DNA of 64,000 bases from a virus. The DNA is taken from positions 18,995 through 82,994 of IMG/VR virus record IMGVR_UViG_3300024581_001100. One strand, written 5' to 3'. The notes below the pieces were generated by a model. It was not told where the DNA came from and made no database searches. It saw only the letters and a program-made list of their open reading frames with translations. This document shows positions 54,563 through 64,000 of this stretch, one piece after another (the first letter of the stretch is position 1; each line of letters starts with the position of its first letter). The translations under genes were made by a program, and so were the position numbers.

Positions 54563-57500
54563 TTATGCTAATTTGTTTTCTTCTGTTTTAAGAGAACCAC
54601 TAATACTAGTAGCTGCTACTGTCCCTGTAGCCCCTGCATTTATAAAATCTACTTCTAGTGTGTAAGTTCGATTACCTGTAGAAGTACTTGTATCAAAGAA
54701 GAAGTCTGACGACCTAAACCTAAAGAATGTCTTATTTAAACCTACTTCAGGTTCATTTTCATAGACAGTACTTGTAGGGTAATCTACGTAAGAGTTTATC
54801 ACCGTAGTACCTCTCTTAACTCGTACTCTCATCTGAAGTTTTCCTGCTTGATCCCTTTGATCTCCTGACATCTCTAATTCTAACTTACCTAGCGTAGTTA
54901 ATGTGACCACTTTACCTGCGGAATTATGTGTAAGAGACGCGCTACCTGATGACGAACTTGTGTTTGAGAAAGTGGTTGTTTTAGTTTCAAGTATTTCCCC
55001 TTGGAAGAAATCCCCTTTAATAAAACCTGTGCCATCCTTTTTAACCCAAAAGATACCATTAGCGTCAGTCTTACTTCCAGTACCAGACCATATCATATAT
55101 GTGCCATCGTCCAACTCTGTACGATAACCAGAAGATGCTGTCCTGATAAGACCACCTGTAACAGTAGTACCTGATATAGTACCTCCTGATATAGTGTTAC
55201 CTGTTATGGTTGTACCTGTTATAGACCCACCGCTAATAGTAGTACCTTGAATGTTACCAGCAGTTATAGTACCTAATGTACCTGAAGGTGCAGATAACGT
55301 CCCTTTAAACACAGAGTTATTTTCTATAACAAGGTTCTGTGCATAAGCAGTACCATTAGAAAGTAAACCAAACACCATATTCTGTGTTGATACGCTCCCT
55401 GTACCATACCAAAGAGGAAAAGAAGGATCTCCTACTACTACCCTTGGCACAGAAGTACTTCCAGAAGTTCGTAGAATTGCCCCTGTGATAAGTTTACCAT
55501 CAATAGCACCAGCACTAAGCTTGGCGGCAGTAATTGCCTCTGCCGCTATCTGAGTGGCTGTAATCGTACCATCCACTATTAAGTTGCCAGCTTTCTTCCT
55601 ACGGAGACGTATATTAGTTATCCATAGTTGACCTTGTGTGTGGTCTGCCCATAGAGATACTTGTATTCTTGTAGGATTGCCTGTATACTTGTAAGTGAAA
55701 GTTCGTCCCATCCAACCTCCATTCGTGTTAACAAAGGAGTCGGCAGTCAAGATGTTGTTACTGTTTAGTGCATCACCTATACGTAGTTTACTATCCCCTG
55801 TGCCATTCCAATCAGGGGTCGTATACAAGTCATATTCTAGATACAGTTCTTCGTTTGTCTTAAGGTCAGGGTTATAGTTTAAATCGACTTGTTTAGTGCC
55901 ACTACTTACAGGTAAAAACCTTAAAGCTTTTTGAAGGATAGGGCTTGCACTAGATTCTTGTATACTGGCAGTGCCGTTTATTCCCTCCCAAGGTATTTCC
56001 TCTGCTACTTCAAAGTCACTACCATACGTAAGATTTTCAAAATCGCTAATAACAAGATTCTTAGTGGTGATAGTGTCAGCGGCAATTAATTCTCCTGTGA
56101 TTGTGCTGAAAGCTAACTTATCCCCAGTTATAACCCTTGCCTTGATTGCATCAGCTTCAATAGCATCTGAAGCAATAAGACTTGCAGTAATAGTGTTAGC
56201 TTGGATTTTATCGCCAGTGATTGTGTTACCAAGGATATTCCCACCAATAATAGTGTTAGCAGCTATCTGGTTAGAAGTAATACTACCCGCAGTAATTTCC
56301 CTAGCGCCGATTGTGTTAGCAATAATCTTGTCAGCATGAACACTGTTACCTTTAATCTCGTCACCAGTGATCGTAAGGGCAGCTATTTGTCCCGCAGTAA
56401 TGCTATTTGCAACCAATTTATCTGCGCTAATAGTACCTGCTATTATTTTAGATCCATTAAGAGTGTTAGTGGTAATCCTATCACCTGATATAGAGTTGAC
56501 TATAAGTTTGTCACCTGTTATGGTGTTTCCTTGAATCAAATCCCCTGTGATCGATAACGCTGCAATCTCTCTAGCGGATATACTTTCAGCGACAATCTTA
56601 GAAGCGTCTAAAGTATTAGCGGTAATCCTATTACCATTAATACTGTTAGCATTCATCTTGTCTGTAGTGACTGCACCTGACACAATCTTATCAGCTTGGA
56701 CACTATTTACTGCCAGTTCATCCGCTGTAATAGTGCCTGTAGCTATTTGGTCAGCTGTGATAGTGTTAACTACCAACTTATCACCAGTGATTGTATTACC
56801 TTGTATTAAGTTACCAGTAATAGTAAGCGCACCAATCTCTCTAGCAGATAGTGTACCCGCTACAATCTTATCACCTGTGATGGTGTTAGCGTCTATCTTA
56901 TCGCCTGTGATAGCTAAAGCAGCAATCTTACTTGCTACGATACTGTTAGCTGCAAGTAATGGGGTAGTGATTGCATTGTCAGAGATAGAAGTGGATTGTA
57001 TCGGGAATAAACTATTAACTTGATTAATACCCTTAGCAGCCTTAATCTCTGTAATGGCATTGTTTATAATAGCGTTGACATCTTCTACTATGTAGATGCC
57101 TTCATTAACTTCCTCTCCTTCAAGTTCTAGGAGTGCAAGGTCATCCTCTACCTGACTAAGTTTAGAATTTATTTCTGGTAGTGTTGTACTATTAAGGCTA
57201 GATATATCTCCTTGAACATCAGTGAGGGTCTGATTAATGTCAGGGATTGTTACGGTATTAAGAGTATCTAATTGGTTTTGAGCATCTAGGAGGTCTTGGT
57301 TGAGTTGTGTTAGGTCTAGCTCGTCTAAGTCAGCCTCTACCTCTGTAATACGGGAATTGATATCAGGTAAAGTTACATCGTTTAATGTAGTTAGTCCCTG
57401 CTCTAATTCTGCCAGAGAGTCTTCTAATTCAGTAAGGTCAACAGAACCTAAATTTTCCAAGTCTTCTTGAACTTGAGCAATAGTTGCCGTAACATCTGGG

Positions 57501-57988
57501 AGCACCACATTATTAAGGTTGTCAAGGTCTTGTTGTAGTGCAGGTAATTTCTCGTTGTTAACTACGTTAAGAGAATTATTAACTAAGGTAATTTCTTTAG
57601 AGAATTTCTTGTTAGTACGTGCGTTATCAATTACACTATTCACTTCAGCAATGATAGTAGTATAAGGGTTTTCAAAATCTTCCCCTAAGATTTCATTAAT
57701 CTTAAGTTCAATCTCTGCCTGTATACGTTCACTAGCAATCGCCTCAGCTACTTGATCCTCTAACTCTTGTTCAAAATCAGACTCTATCTGGGGCAGTAGT
57801 TGGTCTACTATTTGTTGGATAAAGTCTTCACCTTGATTAGATACAGTGTCAACAATAAGCCCTTGAAAGTTACCTAGCTTTATTTTGTAGTCTTGTCCAT
57901 CAGTCACACGTTTGACATAGAAGACAAAGTTTTCTTCATCCGTTAACGTTGCAATTTCAGGAAAATCTGTAATCTCGAATTGTGCCAT
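54563..57988 (-). CDS. long tail fibre with coiled-coil repeats, 31 decapeptide repeats and a CBM-like domain
   Basis: L.TLN.VTLPDIN repeats; ITxDKIxAxT tandem array; G/T/I-rich beta repeats. Confidence 0.8.
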   Translation of the reverse strand: MAQFEITDFPEIATLTDEENFVFYVKRVTDGQDYKIKLGNFQGLIVDTVSNQGEDFIQQIVDQLLPQIESDFEQELEDQVAEAIASERIQAEIELKINEILGEDFENPYTTIIAEVNSVIDNARTNKKFSKEITLVNNSLNVVNNEKLPALQQDLDNLNNVVLPDVTATIAQVQEDLENLGSVDLTELEDSLAELEQGLTTLNDVTLPDINSRITEVEADLDELDLTQLNQDLLDAQNQLDTLNTVTIPDINQTLTDVQGDISSLNSTTLPEINSKLSQVEDDLALLELEGEEVNEGIYIVEDVNAIINNAITEIKAAKGINQVNSLFPIQSTSISDNAITTPLLAANSIVASKIAALAITGDKIDANTITGDKIVAGTLSAREIGALTITGNLIQGNTITGDKLVVNTITADQIATGTITADELAVNSVQADKIVSGAVTTDKMNANSINGNRITANTLDASKIVAESISAREIAALSITGDLIQGNTITGDKLIVNSISGDRITTNTLNGSKIIAGTISADKLVANSITAGQIAALTITGDEIKGNSVHADKIIANTIGAREITAGSITSNQIAANTIIGGNILGNTITGDKIQANTITASLIASDAIEADAIKARVITGDKLAFSTITGELIAADTITTKNLVISDFENLTYGSDFEVAEEIPWEGINGTASIQESSASPILQKALRFLPVSSGTKQVDLNYNPDLKTNEELYLEYDLYTTPDWNGTGDSKLRIGDALNSNNILTADSFVNTNGGWMGRTFTYKYTGNPTRIQVSLWADHTQGQLWITNIRLRRKKAGNLIVDGTITATQIAAEAITAAKLSAGAIDGKLITGAILRTSGSTSVPRVVVGDPSFPLWYGTGSVSTQNMVFGLLSNGTAYAQNLVIENNSVFKGTLSAPSGTLGTITAGNIQGTTISGGSITGTTITGNTISGGTISGTTVTGGLIRTASSGYRTELDDGTYMIWSGTGSKTDANGIFWVKKDGTGFIKGDFFQGEILETKTTTFSNTSSSSGSASLTHNSAGKVVTLTTLGKLELEMSGDQRDQAGKLQMRVRVKRGTTVINSYVDYPTSTVYENEPEVGLNKTFFRFRSSDFFFDTSTSTGNRTYTLEVDFINAGATGTVAATSISGSLKTEENKLA
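56042..56971 (-). repeat. 31 x 30-bp coding tandem repeat
   Basis: counted from ITTPLLAANS to ITTKNLVISD. Confidence 0.9.
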
Positions 57989-58047
57989 TTATGTTTCCTT
58001 GAAGCTTGAGGCTATCGTTAAACATCCCCTGAGAGAGTACAGAGGTG

Positions 58048-58947
58048 TTATGCCGTTCTTACTACGTTTACTATAGAAAGTGCTTGCTCCTTGCTCATGG
58101 GGTAAAAAGATTTATCTTCTTTCCTGAAAGATAAGGGCACTCTGTAGGCAATTATTCCTGACCTAAGTTTGTTACCCCCTGAAGCAGACCTTCTTAATAC
58201 CGAAGTGTGATTAGTAGGGCAACACAAACTCTTACAAAATTCCGCCGCATAAACTACGTAGTACCATATATCTAAACCTTTTATGTATACTAAGTAATCT
58301 GGCTTAGTTAAGGCATTAGAAAATGCCTGATTTTTTACATGGGATGTGCTTTTAGGTACGCCCTTTCTTACCAGCGATTGTTTCCTCTTAGTTTCCTCAG
58401 AAGTCACACTACCTTTTTTATGAGGAGATATGGGAATACCTTGCTCTCTCATATTTTGATAATGTTCCTTCAGACCTTTACTAACTTTTTCTCTAAAAGA
58501 TTTTGAATATTTCTTTCCCTTATTATAAGGAATTCTCCTACGTAATTGTTCTTTTTGTTCTTCCTTCATTATAAAGCCACACCTGCCATCACCTCCATCT
58601 GTCATGTTAGAGAGTATACCTGTGCCGTTATCCCTTCGCCCATACAGTGATATTAAGTACTTTTCTAGTTCTAACATATTATCTCTATCATCCGATATGG
58701 CGATCATATTCACCTTAACTTTACCTCCTGTACTAGAACATATCTTATTTATTATATTATCTTTCATAAGGTTCTCCCCTTTAGCTGACGGAGAGAAATG
58801 AGAGGCATACCTAGACCTAGTGCCGACCCCCACATAAAAAGGAGTACCATCTGGGTAACATAAAGTGTACACGTAAGAGAATCTAGCCTTCCTCGACTGT
58901 AAACTAAAATCAAGGTCAAAACACTCCTCATATTTCACATCTGTCAT
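58048..58947 (-). CDS. GIY-YIG-like homing endonuclease with NUMOD3 repeats
   Basis: YVY...FYVG.G..R...H, LE..LI..YGR...G.L.N.TDGGDG, SEETKRKQS. Confidence 0.85.
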   Translation of the reverse strand: MTDVKYEECFDLDFSLQSRKARFSYVYTLCYPDGTPFYVGVGTRSRYASHFSPSAKGENLMKDNIINKICSSTGGKVKVNMIAISDDRDNMLELEKYLISLYGRRDNGTGILSNMTDGGDGRCGFIMKEEQKEQLRRRIPYNKGKKYSKSFREKVSKGLKEHYQNMREQGIPISPHKKGSVTSEETKRKQSLVRKGVPKSTSHVKNQAFSNALTKPDYLVYIKGLDIWYYVVYAAEFCKSLCCPTNHTSVLRRSASGGNKLRSGIIAYRVPLSFRKEDKSFYPMSKEQALSIVNVVRTA

Positions 58948-58966
58948 AAAAACTCCTTATAAATCA

Positions 58967-59674
58967 TTAAGATACCCTTAACCAAATATAGGCGCATTGA
59001 TAAGGTGGAACATTACTTGCAGAGTTAATACCACCAGTAATGCTGTGAGTGTGTGAACCAGAAGATGAAGTACTTCCATCAGAGGATGCTAAACCTAATG
59101 ATTCCATATCCTCTCTATCCTCTGTTCTCCCAGACCCCGTTATCAATCTCCCTTGGGTTGTTGGCTCTGGCAGGTGATTATTACTATCTTGTACAGAACC
59201 CCACCCATCTCTATCAACTGTATGAGCATGTTCTCCCGCAGAACTTGTTGCTAAGGTATTTCCGTGAGAGTGAGTTTTGCTGCCTCCAACTTTACCAGCA
59301 GCATTAAATGCAGAATCACCTTCATCTACACCTACAATAAACTTACCTTTTACCCGCTCCCATGTACCAAAGTTAAATCTTGTTGCAGGACTTTGGGAAC
59401 TATTACTCATGTAGTAAGCACCAACATGGTAGATGACCTCTAGTAAAGCTTGGCTCGTATTTACTGCTAGAGCGTCTATCTGTGCTTGTAAGTCTGCATG
59501 TTGTTCGTGGTTCTTATCTAGCATATAGTTTAAATGCGCTCTAGCTAAAGGCTCATTCGTTTTTAAACCATCATTCTGAAACTCAGCGGTAGGCTGTACT
59601 TTGTTAGGTAGCCCTGTTACTGGGTCATTTACATCATTCGTAGCCCATTTAATATCATTAGCATCTATTGCCAT
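58967..59674 (-). CDS. baseplate/tail-fibre connector (T4 gp10 C-terminal-like)
   Basis: VG..Y.S....P...FGTWER, GGSKTH.H, H.H, PPY..AY.W.R. Confidence 0.75.
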   Translation of the reverse strand: MAIDANDIKWATNDVNDPVTGLPNKVQPTAEFQNDGLKTNEPLARAHLNYMLDKNHEQHADLQAQIDALAVNTSQALLEVIYHVGAYYMSNSSQSPATRFNFGTWERVKGKFIVGVDEGDSAFNAAGKVGGSKTHSHGNTLATSSAGEHAHTVDRDGWGSVQDSNNHLPEPTTQGRLITGSGRTEDREDMESLGLASSDGSTSSSGSHTHSITGGINSASNVPPYQCAYIWLRVS

Positions 59675-59686
59675 TACTTGATCCTA

Positions 59687-60370
59687 TTATTTTGTATGTA
59701 CTTCGCAAGGAATACCTACGTCAGGTATGCTGCCATCTAATTCTGCAAGAACACCTCGCCATGTATTCTCTGTTAACTCTGCACCAAGTCCACCTACTAC
59801 AATATTGTTACCATTGTTATCTACAACCTCGTCTCCGTTATTGTCTACCAAAATACCTGTCTGTCTTACAAGTTCGACAGGTACTAGGCAATCATTATCA
59901 GGGTCATGGTATATGTGGATGTCACCATGTGCGATAGGTGCAGCCTTGGTTAAGGTTGACGCTAGAGTACTTGGGATTGTACTACCATTTGTATAAAGAT
60001 TACCCCCCACAGGGTAGTGAGGAAAACTCTTGACAACCGTAGCATTAGTTATAAGGGAAAGTATCTCTAATATATCGTTAGGTGTACCCTCAGATGTATT
60101 AATCAATATCTGTAGTTGGATATACTCTCTATATGATTCATCAGACCTACCACCTCTTTTAGCACCTACAATTTTACCTATATGGTCTAACTGTATTCCG
60201 TAGGCTGTCTGTATTGACCTGTTCTCTAGTAAGTCAAATAAGGAGTCCTCTGTTGTTTGAACTCCTTTCATCCAACCTTTTATAAGAGCCTCTACGTTAG
60301 GTTTATCTTTAAACTGTTCAAGTAACCTATCGAGTGCTTGTTCTTCGTGGTTCTTGATTACAGGGATCAT
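59687..60370 (-). CDS. baseplate wedge protein (DUF2612/gpI-like)
   Basis: A.G.QLD.IG.IVG..R...DE.YR..I. Confidence 0.8.
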   Translation of the reverse strand: MIPVIKNHEEQALDRLLEQFKDKPNVEALIKGWMKGVQTTEDSLFDLLENRSIQTAYGIQLDHIGKIVGAKRGGRSDESYREYIQLQILINTSEGTPNDILEILSLITNATVVKSFPHYPVGGNLYTNGSTIPSTLASTLTKAAPIAHGDIHIYHDPDNDCLVPVELVRQTGILVDNNGDEVVDNNGNNIVVGGLGAELTENTWRGVLAELDGSIPDVGIPCEVHTK

Positions 60371-61812
60371 TGTTGTACCACCTGTATTCTTATTGCATCA
60401 AAGTCTGCCTTAGTTCTACCGTCAATAGCAATTCTGTCAGTAGAGTATTGAACTTCATCTGGTGTAGAAGACGCAGGGTTAACTGATGTACCAACCTCTA
60501 CCGTCATTTCCGCAATACCATTCACTGTATTATAGATATGACCTAAGAAACGTTGAGGTATTACATCCTCGTCTAAGGTTAGGCTCTCACCAACACTAAC
60601 TATTGTATCCTTAATAGTTTGAACACCATCATCAGGGAAAGTCTCTTCGTCATAAGCGTCAAAGGTAACTTTGACATTGATATAACGTAGAGTAGGTCTT
60701 GACCACAACACTGCCTCATTATTTCCAGCGTAGTCTTTAACTATTGTAGTAATCTCCCCGTACGTTTCTACACCTAAAGGCATAGTGTCATAGATAGTCT
60801 CACCGATAGTTTGTTCATCCCCACCTTGCACAATACACTCAAAACTTTTATAAGGAAGACCGCTTGCATTAATTGTACCACTCTTATTCTCAAATACCCT
60901 TACTTGAGATACCCCAATGATATTTGATAGTTTAGCAAACATTGCACTAGCAGTAGCATTACCAGATATTTGTGTACTAGATGAATGTCTAGCACGTAAC
61001 TCTTCATCAGTCTCTTTCTCTCTACCAACGGAGAATTTGAAATAGTTAGTTACAGACTGTAATCCTGTAATGTTAGATACGTTATTAGTGACAGTACCTA
61101 TCTCTGGGTCTATCTGTCCTACTTGGGTGGCAGTTACCACAACAGGTACTTCCACTTCTTCTACCTGTAAATTAGGGTTAGGTACAACAGAGAATGTATT
61201 ACTCTTATCTATCAACTCAATATTAAGTGATGTACTTGAAGGAAAAACTAATGTAAACTTAGTAGGGGCAGTATTGATAATCTCGTTATAGAGTCCTGTC
61301 ACTATTGCAGCAGCAGGTGTACTATTTTGGTAAGTAACACTGTAAGTAGTGCCATCTATCGTAACAGAGAAAATACCAGAACTATTAGTAGGGCTTATCT
61401 CTACGTTAGTGGCGCTCAGATTGCTTACAGGAGCAGCAATACTATTAGTGTACTGATTACCTTGGGTGTCAGAGAAAACGTTACCAGCAGTGATAGAGGA
61501 GCTTATAGCGTTACTCTTTACATGAATAATACCAGTAGTAAAACTCTCTCCTAAACGTTTCAACTTAATAAGTGCTACGAGGTCATCTAAGTATTTACCT
61601 TCTGCCTTATCTATGTTAAAGTTGTCTGCTATTGCTTGCGCTAGTTCTTCTATATCAGCAACTGATGAAGAGAATATGTTAGTTATAATACTGAGTACCT
61701 GATCAGGAGAAGTATCTAATTCGATAGCTAAGTTATTAGCCATCTCCTCAAACATTTCCTGACGTATATCAGTAAAACGTCTTGCATCAAATCCTTGGTT
61801 TGTTAAAGCCAT
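60367..61812 (-). CDS. baseplate J-like wedge protein
   Basis: A.G..LD.LVA...R, GRE.ETDEELRAR, V.ENK, SFEC.V.GG. Confidence 0.88.
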   Translation of the reverse strand: MALTNQGFDARRFTDIRQEMFEEMANNLAIELDTSPDQVLSIITNIFSSSVADIEELAQAIADNFNIDKAEGKYLDDLVALIKLKRLGESFTTGIIHVKSNAISSSITAGNVFSDTQGNQYTNSIAAPVSNLSATNVEISPTNSSGIFSVTIDGTTYSVTYQNSTPAAAIVTGLYNEIINTAPTKFTLVFPSSTSLNIELIDKSNTFSVVPNPNLQVEEVEVPVVVTATQVGQIDPEIGTVTNNVSNITGLQSVTNYFKFSVGREKETDEELRARHSSSTQISGNATASAMFAKLSNIIGVSQVRVFENKSGTINASGLPYKSFECIVQGGDEQTIGETIYDTMPLGVETYGEITTIVKDYAGNNEAVLWSRPTLRYINVKVTFDAYDEETFPDDGVQTIKDTIVSVGESLTLDEDVIPQRFLGHIYNTVNGIAEMTVEVGTSVNPASSTPDEVQYSTDRIAIDGRTKADFDAIRIQVVQQ

Positions 61813-61819
61813 TAGTCAC

Positions 61820-62179
61820 CTATGTAGTAATATCTTGTTGTACAGTGACTATCTCACCAGAAGTAGTCGTCACTTGAAATGACAAGGAGTATATCCCTGC
61901 TGAATTTAATGTTGAGGTAAAAGAGTTAATAGACAAGACATTATCATCAGCGTTAATTGCAGACTTAAATATTGTATCTGCTACTGTTTTAGACCCTCGT
62001 TGGAGGATACGTTGGAAGTAAGAGATACCTTCTGATAAATCTAAGTACCACTCACCTCTGTATGTCTTGAGGTTGATTAACAATCTCTGTTTAGTTAACT
62101 CTTGTTCTGTTGTAAGTAGTGATAGTCTACCTTCAGTAAGGTCTATGTCACCATTATTTTGTAATTTTATATCTGACAT
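61820..62179 (-). CDS. baseplate wedge initiator (gp25-like/DUF2634)
   Basis: QRL.I.L.T..GEW.LD...G..Y. Confidence 0.8.
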   Translation of the reverse strand: MSDIKLQNNGDIDLTEGRLSLLTTEQELTKQRLLINLKTYRGEWYLDLSEGISYFQRILQRGSKTVADTIFKSAINADDNVLSINSFTSTLNSAGIYSLSFQVTTTSGEIVTVQQDITT

Positions 62180-62187
62180 ATAATTCC

Positions 62188-62886
62188 TTATAGAAGCTGG
62201 TCAATTTGAGATTTAAGTGCCTCAAACTGCGCTTTGTTATCAATAGGTGTACCACCAACTGTTATCTTAGATATCTCGTCAGTAAGGTCAGAAAGATACT
62301 GTACTATGTTTACTGAGCTATTCCCTATATCTATTGTATTAGAACGTACTGTATATGCCCCTGTATTCCATTCTGAGGCGCTTTCTGTATTAACTTGAAC
62401 CTTACCATTAGTTGTAAGAGAAGTCTCCCCAGAAGGCGTTACAGAGAGCGTAAAGTCATTAAAGGTTATTTGAAAGTTATCTTTATGTGCTTTAATGTCT
62501 GAGGTTACAGGTTGAACACAAGGAATGGCTATGGCATCTGTCAAAGAAAACTTACGGAAGGTCTGAGGTTTCCCTGTCTGTCCTGATGATAGCCATTTTT
62601 GAAAATCATTATGTGCGAACAGTACGAGAACAGAATCCCCTACTGACACTGGATAAGATAAGATACCTTGGTTATTGCTTGGAAATACTAAAGGCACTTT
62701 GGCGATAGTATGCGCCTCTATTACCTCCCCACTTTCAAATAAATGGTCTACACAAGGTTTAACATTTACCCATTTTATATAATCCCCTTCGGTTATAACA
62801 TTAGTAATAACACAAGGGATGGAGGTGTATAAGTTGCTTTTAAAAGATTCTATATGAGAATCTATGACATCATATAAATCAATCAT
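62188..62886 (-). CDS. baseplate central spike (Gp138-like N-terminal domain)
   Basis: VPLVFP.....YPV..GD..LVLFA..D...W...R.F.LTDAIAIP; GGAGG SD before ATG 62886. Confidence 0.82.
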   Translation of the reverse strand: MIDLYDVIDSHIESFKSNLYTSIPCVITNVITEGDYIKWVNVKPCVDHLFESGEVIEAHTIAKVPLVFPSNNQGILSYPVSVGDSVLVLFAHNDFQKWLSSGQTGKPQTFRKFSLTDAIAIPCVQPVTSDIKAHKDNFQITFNDFTLSVTPSGETSLTTNGKVQVNTESASEWNTGAYTVRSNTIDIGNSSVNIVQYLSDLTDEISKITVGGTPIDNKAQFEALKSQIDQLL

Positions 62887-63943
62887 TACTTTCCTCCTTC
62901 GTACACATAACAGACATATTCCAATCCTTGCCACGATACGAAAGCTTATAAGATACGGATACTATTTTGTATACACCAGACCTTTCACCAAAAGGTATCT
63001 CTACAAACTTACCTGTCTCAAATCTGCCATCTAATAAAAGTTCTAACTGTATTCCTTTATTGTCTAGTTGACTCTTACCTTTGTCATCTTGGTCTCTCAA
63101 AGATATCACTTGGCTCTCATCTAATATGAAGGTTCTTTTGGTAGTTTTCTTATTATAATACTTAGGTTCAAAGTAAAGAATACTATTGTCTATATACCAG
63201 TTGTAACCAACCTCTTTTGCAACAAGGTCTGTAAGGTGTTTTAAATAACCTTGGTAAGTGTACCCTCCTTCAAGTATAAGGTCATCAGGAGATATATCTT
63301 CTACATACCTAGCAGGTAAGTCTGTTATAACTGTTTGACTAGAACCTTTAATACCATTCTTTTCCCACATACTCGCAATATGTCTTATCAGATCTCCATA
63401 TGTACGTGGGGCAGGAGTAAACTCTGGGTCGCTCCAATATACACCTGCTTTAATTAGAGTAGAGGGAGTGTATCCGTCTTTGCAATACAAAGTAGTTACT
63501 GTATCGTTACCTATCCTTTCAGTGTTGTAGCTGCTCACCTGTCCTGTGTAAATCATTGGTAGATCATCAGCTTTAGTATAAGAATAACCTGCCTTAAGTA
63601 TTACATTATTATTTACACCACAGATAAAAGATTTAGTGTCCTCAGATAAGTTATAAATTTTAATAACACAAGAACTAGAACTCTTTGAGGTAGCATTCTT
63701 GTTGATAGACACTTCTATTTGTAAGTCATCTATCAAGCGTCCGTTGTAATCCCTTCTGTAATCCAACACACTACTAGGTGTAAGTACAGAGAACTCGTTT
63801 TCAACGTAAGAGGGGCGTATACCATCACTACTACCAAAGACAGACCCCTCTTTTAAAAGAACACCACTTCTTATATACTCTTTACTAGGAGGTTTACCTA
63901 CAGACAGTTGGTAAGCCCTTTTATAATTGAACGGATCTGTCAT
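62879..63943 (-). CDS. baseplate hub protein
   Basis: I.IYNLS, V.LKAGY, I..G.V, C.DG, Y.W.I.N..L, context upstream of the spike. Confidence 0.78.
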   Translation of the reverse strand: MTDPFNYKRAYQLSVGKPPSKEYIRSGVLLKEGSVFGSSDGIRPSYVENEFSVLTPSSVLDYRRDYNGRLIDDLQIEVSINKNATSKSSSSCVIKIYNLSEDTKSFICGVNNNVILKAGYSYTKADDLPMIYTGQVSSYNTERIGNDTVTTLYCKDGYTPSTLIKAGVYWSDPEFTPAPRTYGDLIRHIASMWEKNGIKGSSQTVITDLPARYVEDISPDDLILEGGYTYQGYLKHLTDLVAKEVGYNWYIDNSILYFEPKYYNKKTTKRTFILDESQVISLRDQDDKGKSQLDNKGIQLELLLDGRFETGKFVEIPFGERSGVYKIVSVSYKLSYRGKDWNMSVMCTKEESND

Positions 63944-64000
63944 CTAAAGAGAACTCCTGTACTTCATCACTATCATACCAGAATATTCCGTACTCTTTAC
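63921..64000 (-). CDS. 3' end of a baseplate/tail protein (partial)
   Basis: open frame KEYGIFWYDSDEVQEFSLDDRSVQL* overlapping the hub start. Confidence 0.5.
   Translation of the reverse strand, partial: KEYGIFWYDSDEVQEFSLDDRSVQL

Noticed and set aside
54176-57023. Long antisense ORFs (54176-54526, 55971-56339, 56201-56488, 56547-57023)
   Set aside because: Mirror frames of repetitive tail fibre codons; no SD.
58048-58947. GIY-YIG gene as part of an intron in a tail gene
   Set aside because: Both flanking genes are complete and no group I core motifs flank it; it is free-standing.

Overview
AT-rich lytic myovirus DNA; no bacterial chromosome, tRNA genes or CRISPR array are visible. Gene content and order resemble large rV5/phi92-like myoviruses, and a marine gammaproteobacterial host is my inference. 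Layout: (1) 1-11.5 kb (+) phoH, phosphoesterase, DNA MTase, nucleotidyltransferase-like gene, Dda/Pif1-like helicase and many small ORFs. (2) 11.5-17.2 kb: a non-coding, motif-dense region (iteron-like repeats, three DnaA boxes, palindromes) plus a block of small genes, most with their own sigma70 promoter and an atypical SD; probably a terminal-repeat/host-takeover region. (3) 17.2-25.2 kb (-) accessory genes including an RNA ligase, and an HNH gene preceded by a structured non-coding element. (4) 25.3-48.3 kb (+) replication and nucleotide metabolism: intein-containing primase-helicase, family A polymerase with unusual active-site residues, nucleases, dNMP kinase, HD and MazG-like hydrolases, glutaredoxin, thyX, nrdA split by an ORF-less group I intron, nrdB. 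(5) 48.3-64 kb (-) baseplate, two tail fibres and a lysis cassette containing an intact CheY-like receiver protein. Best leads: the receiver protein coupled to the spanin genes, a dispersed family of ~90-bp palindromic elements with a conserved core, the structured RNA candidate upstream of the HNH gene, and the 12-17 kb region. All family assignments come from motif recognition by eye; no database search was run.
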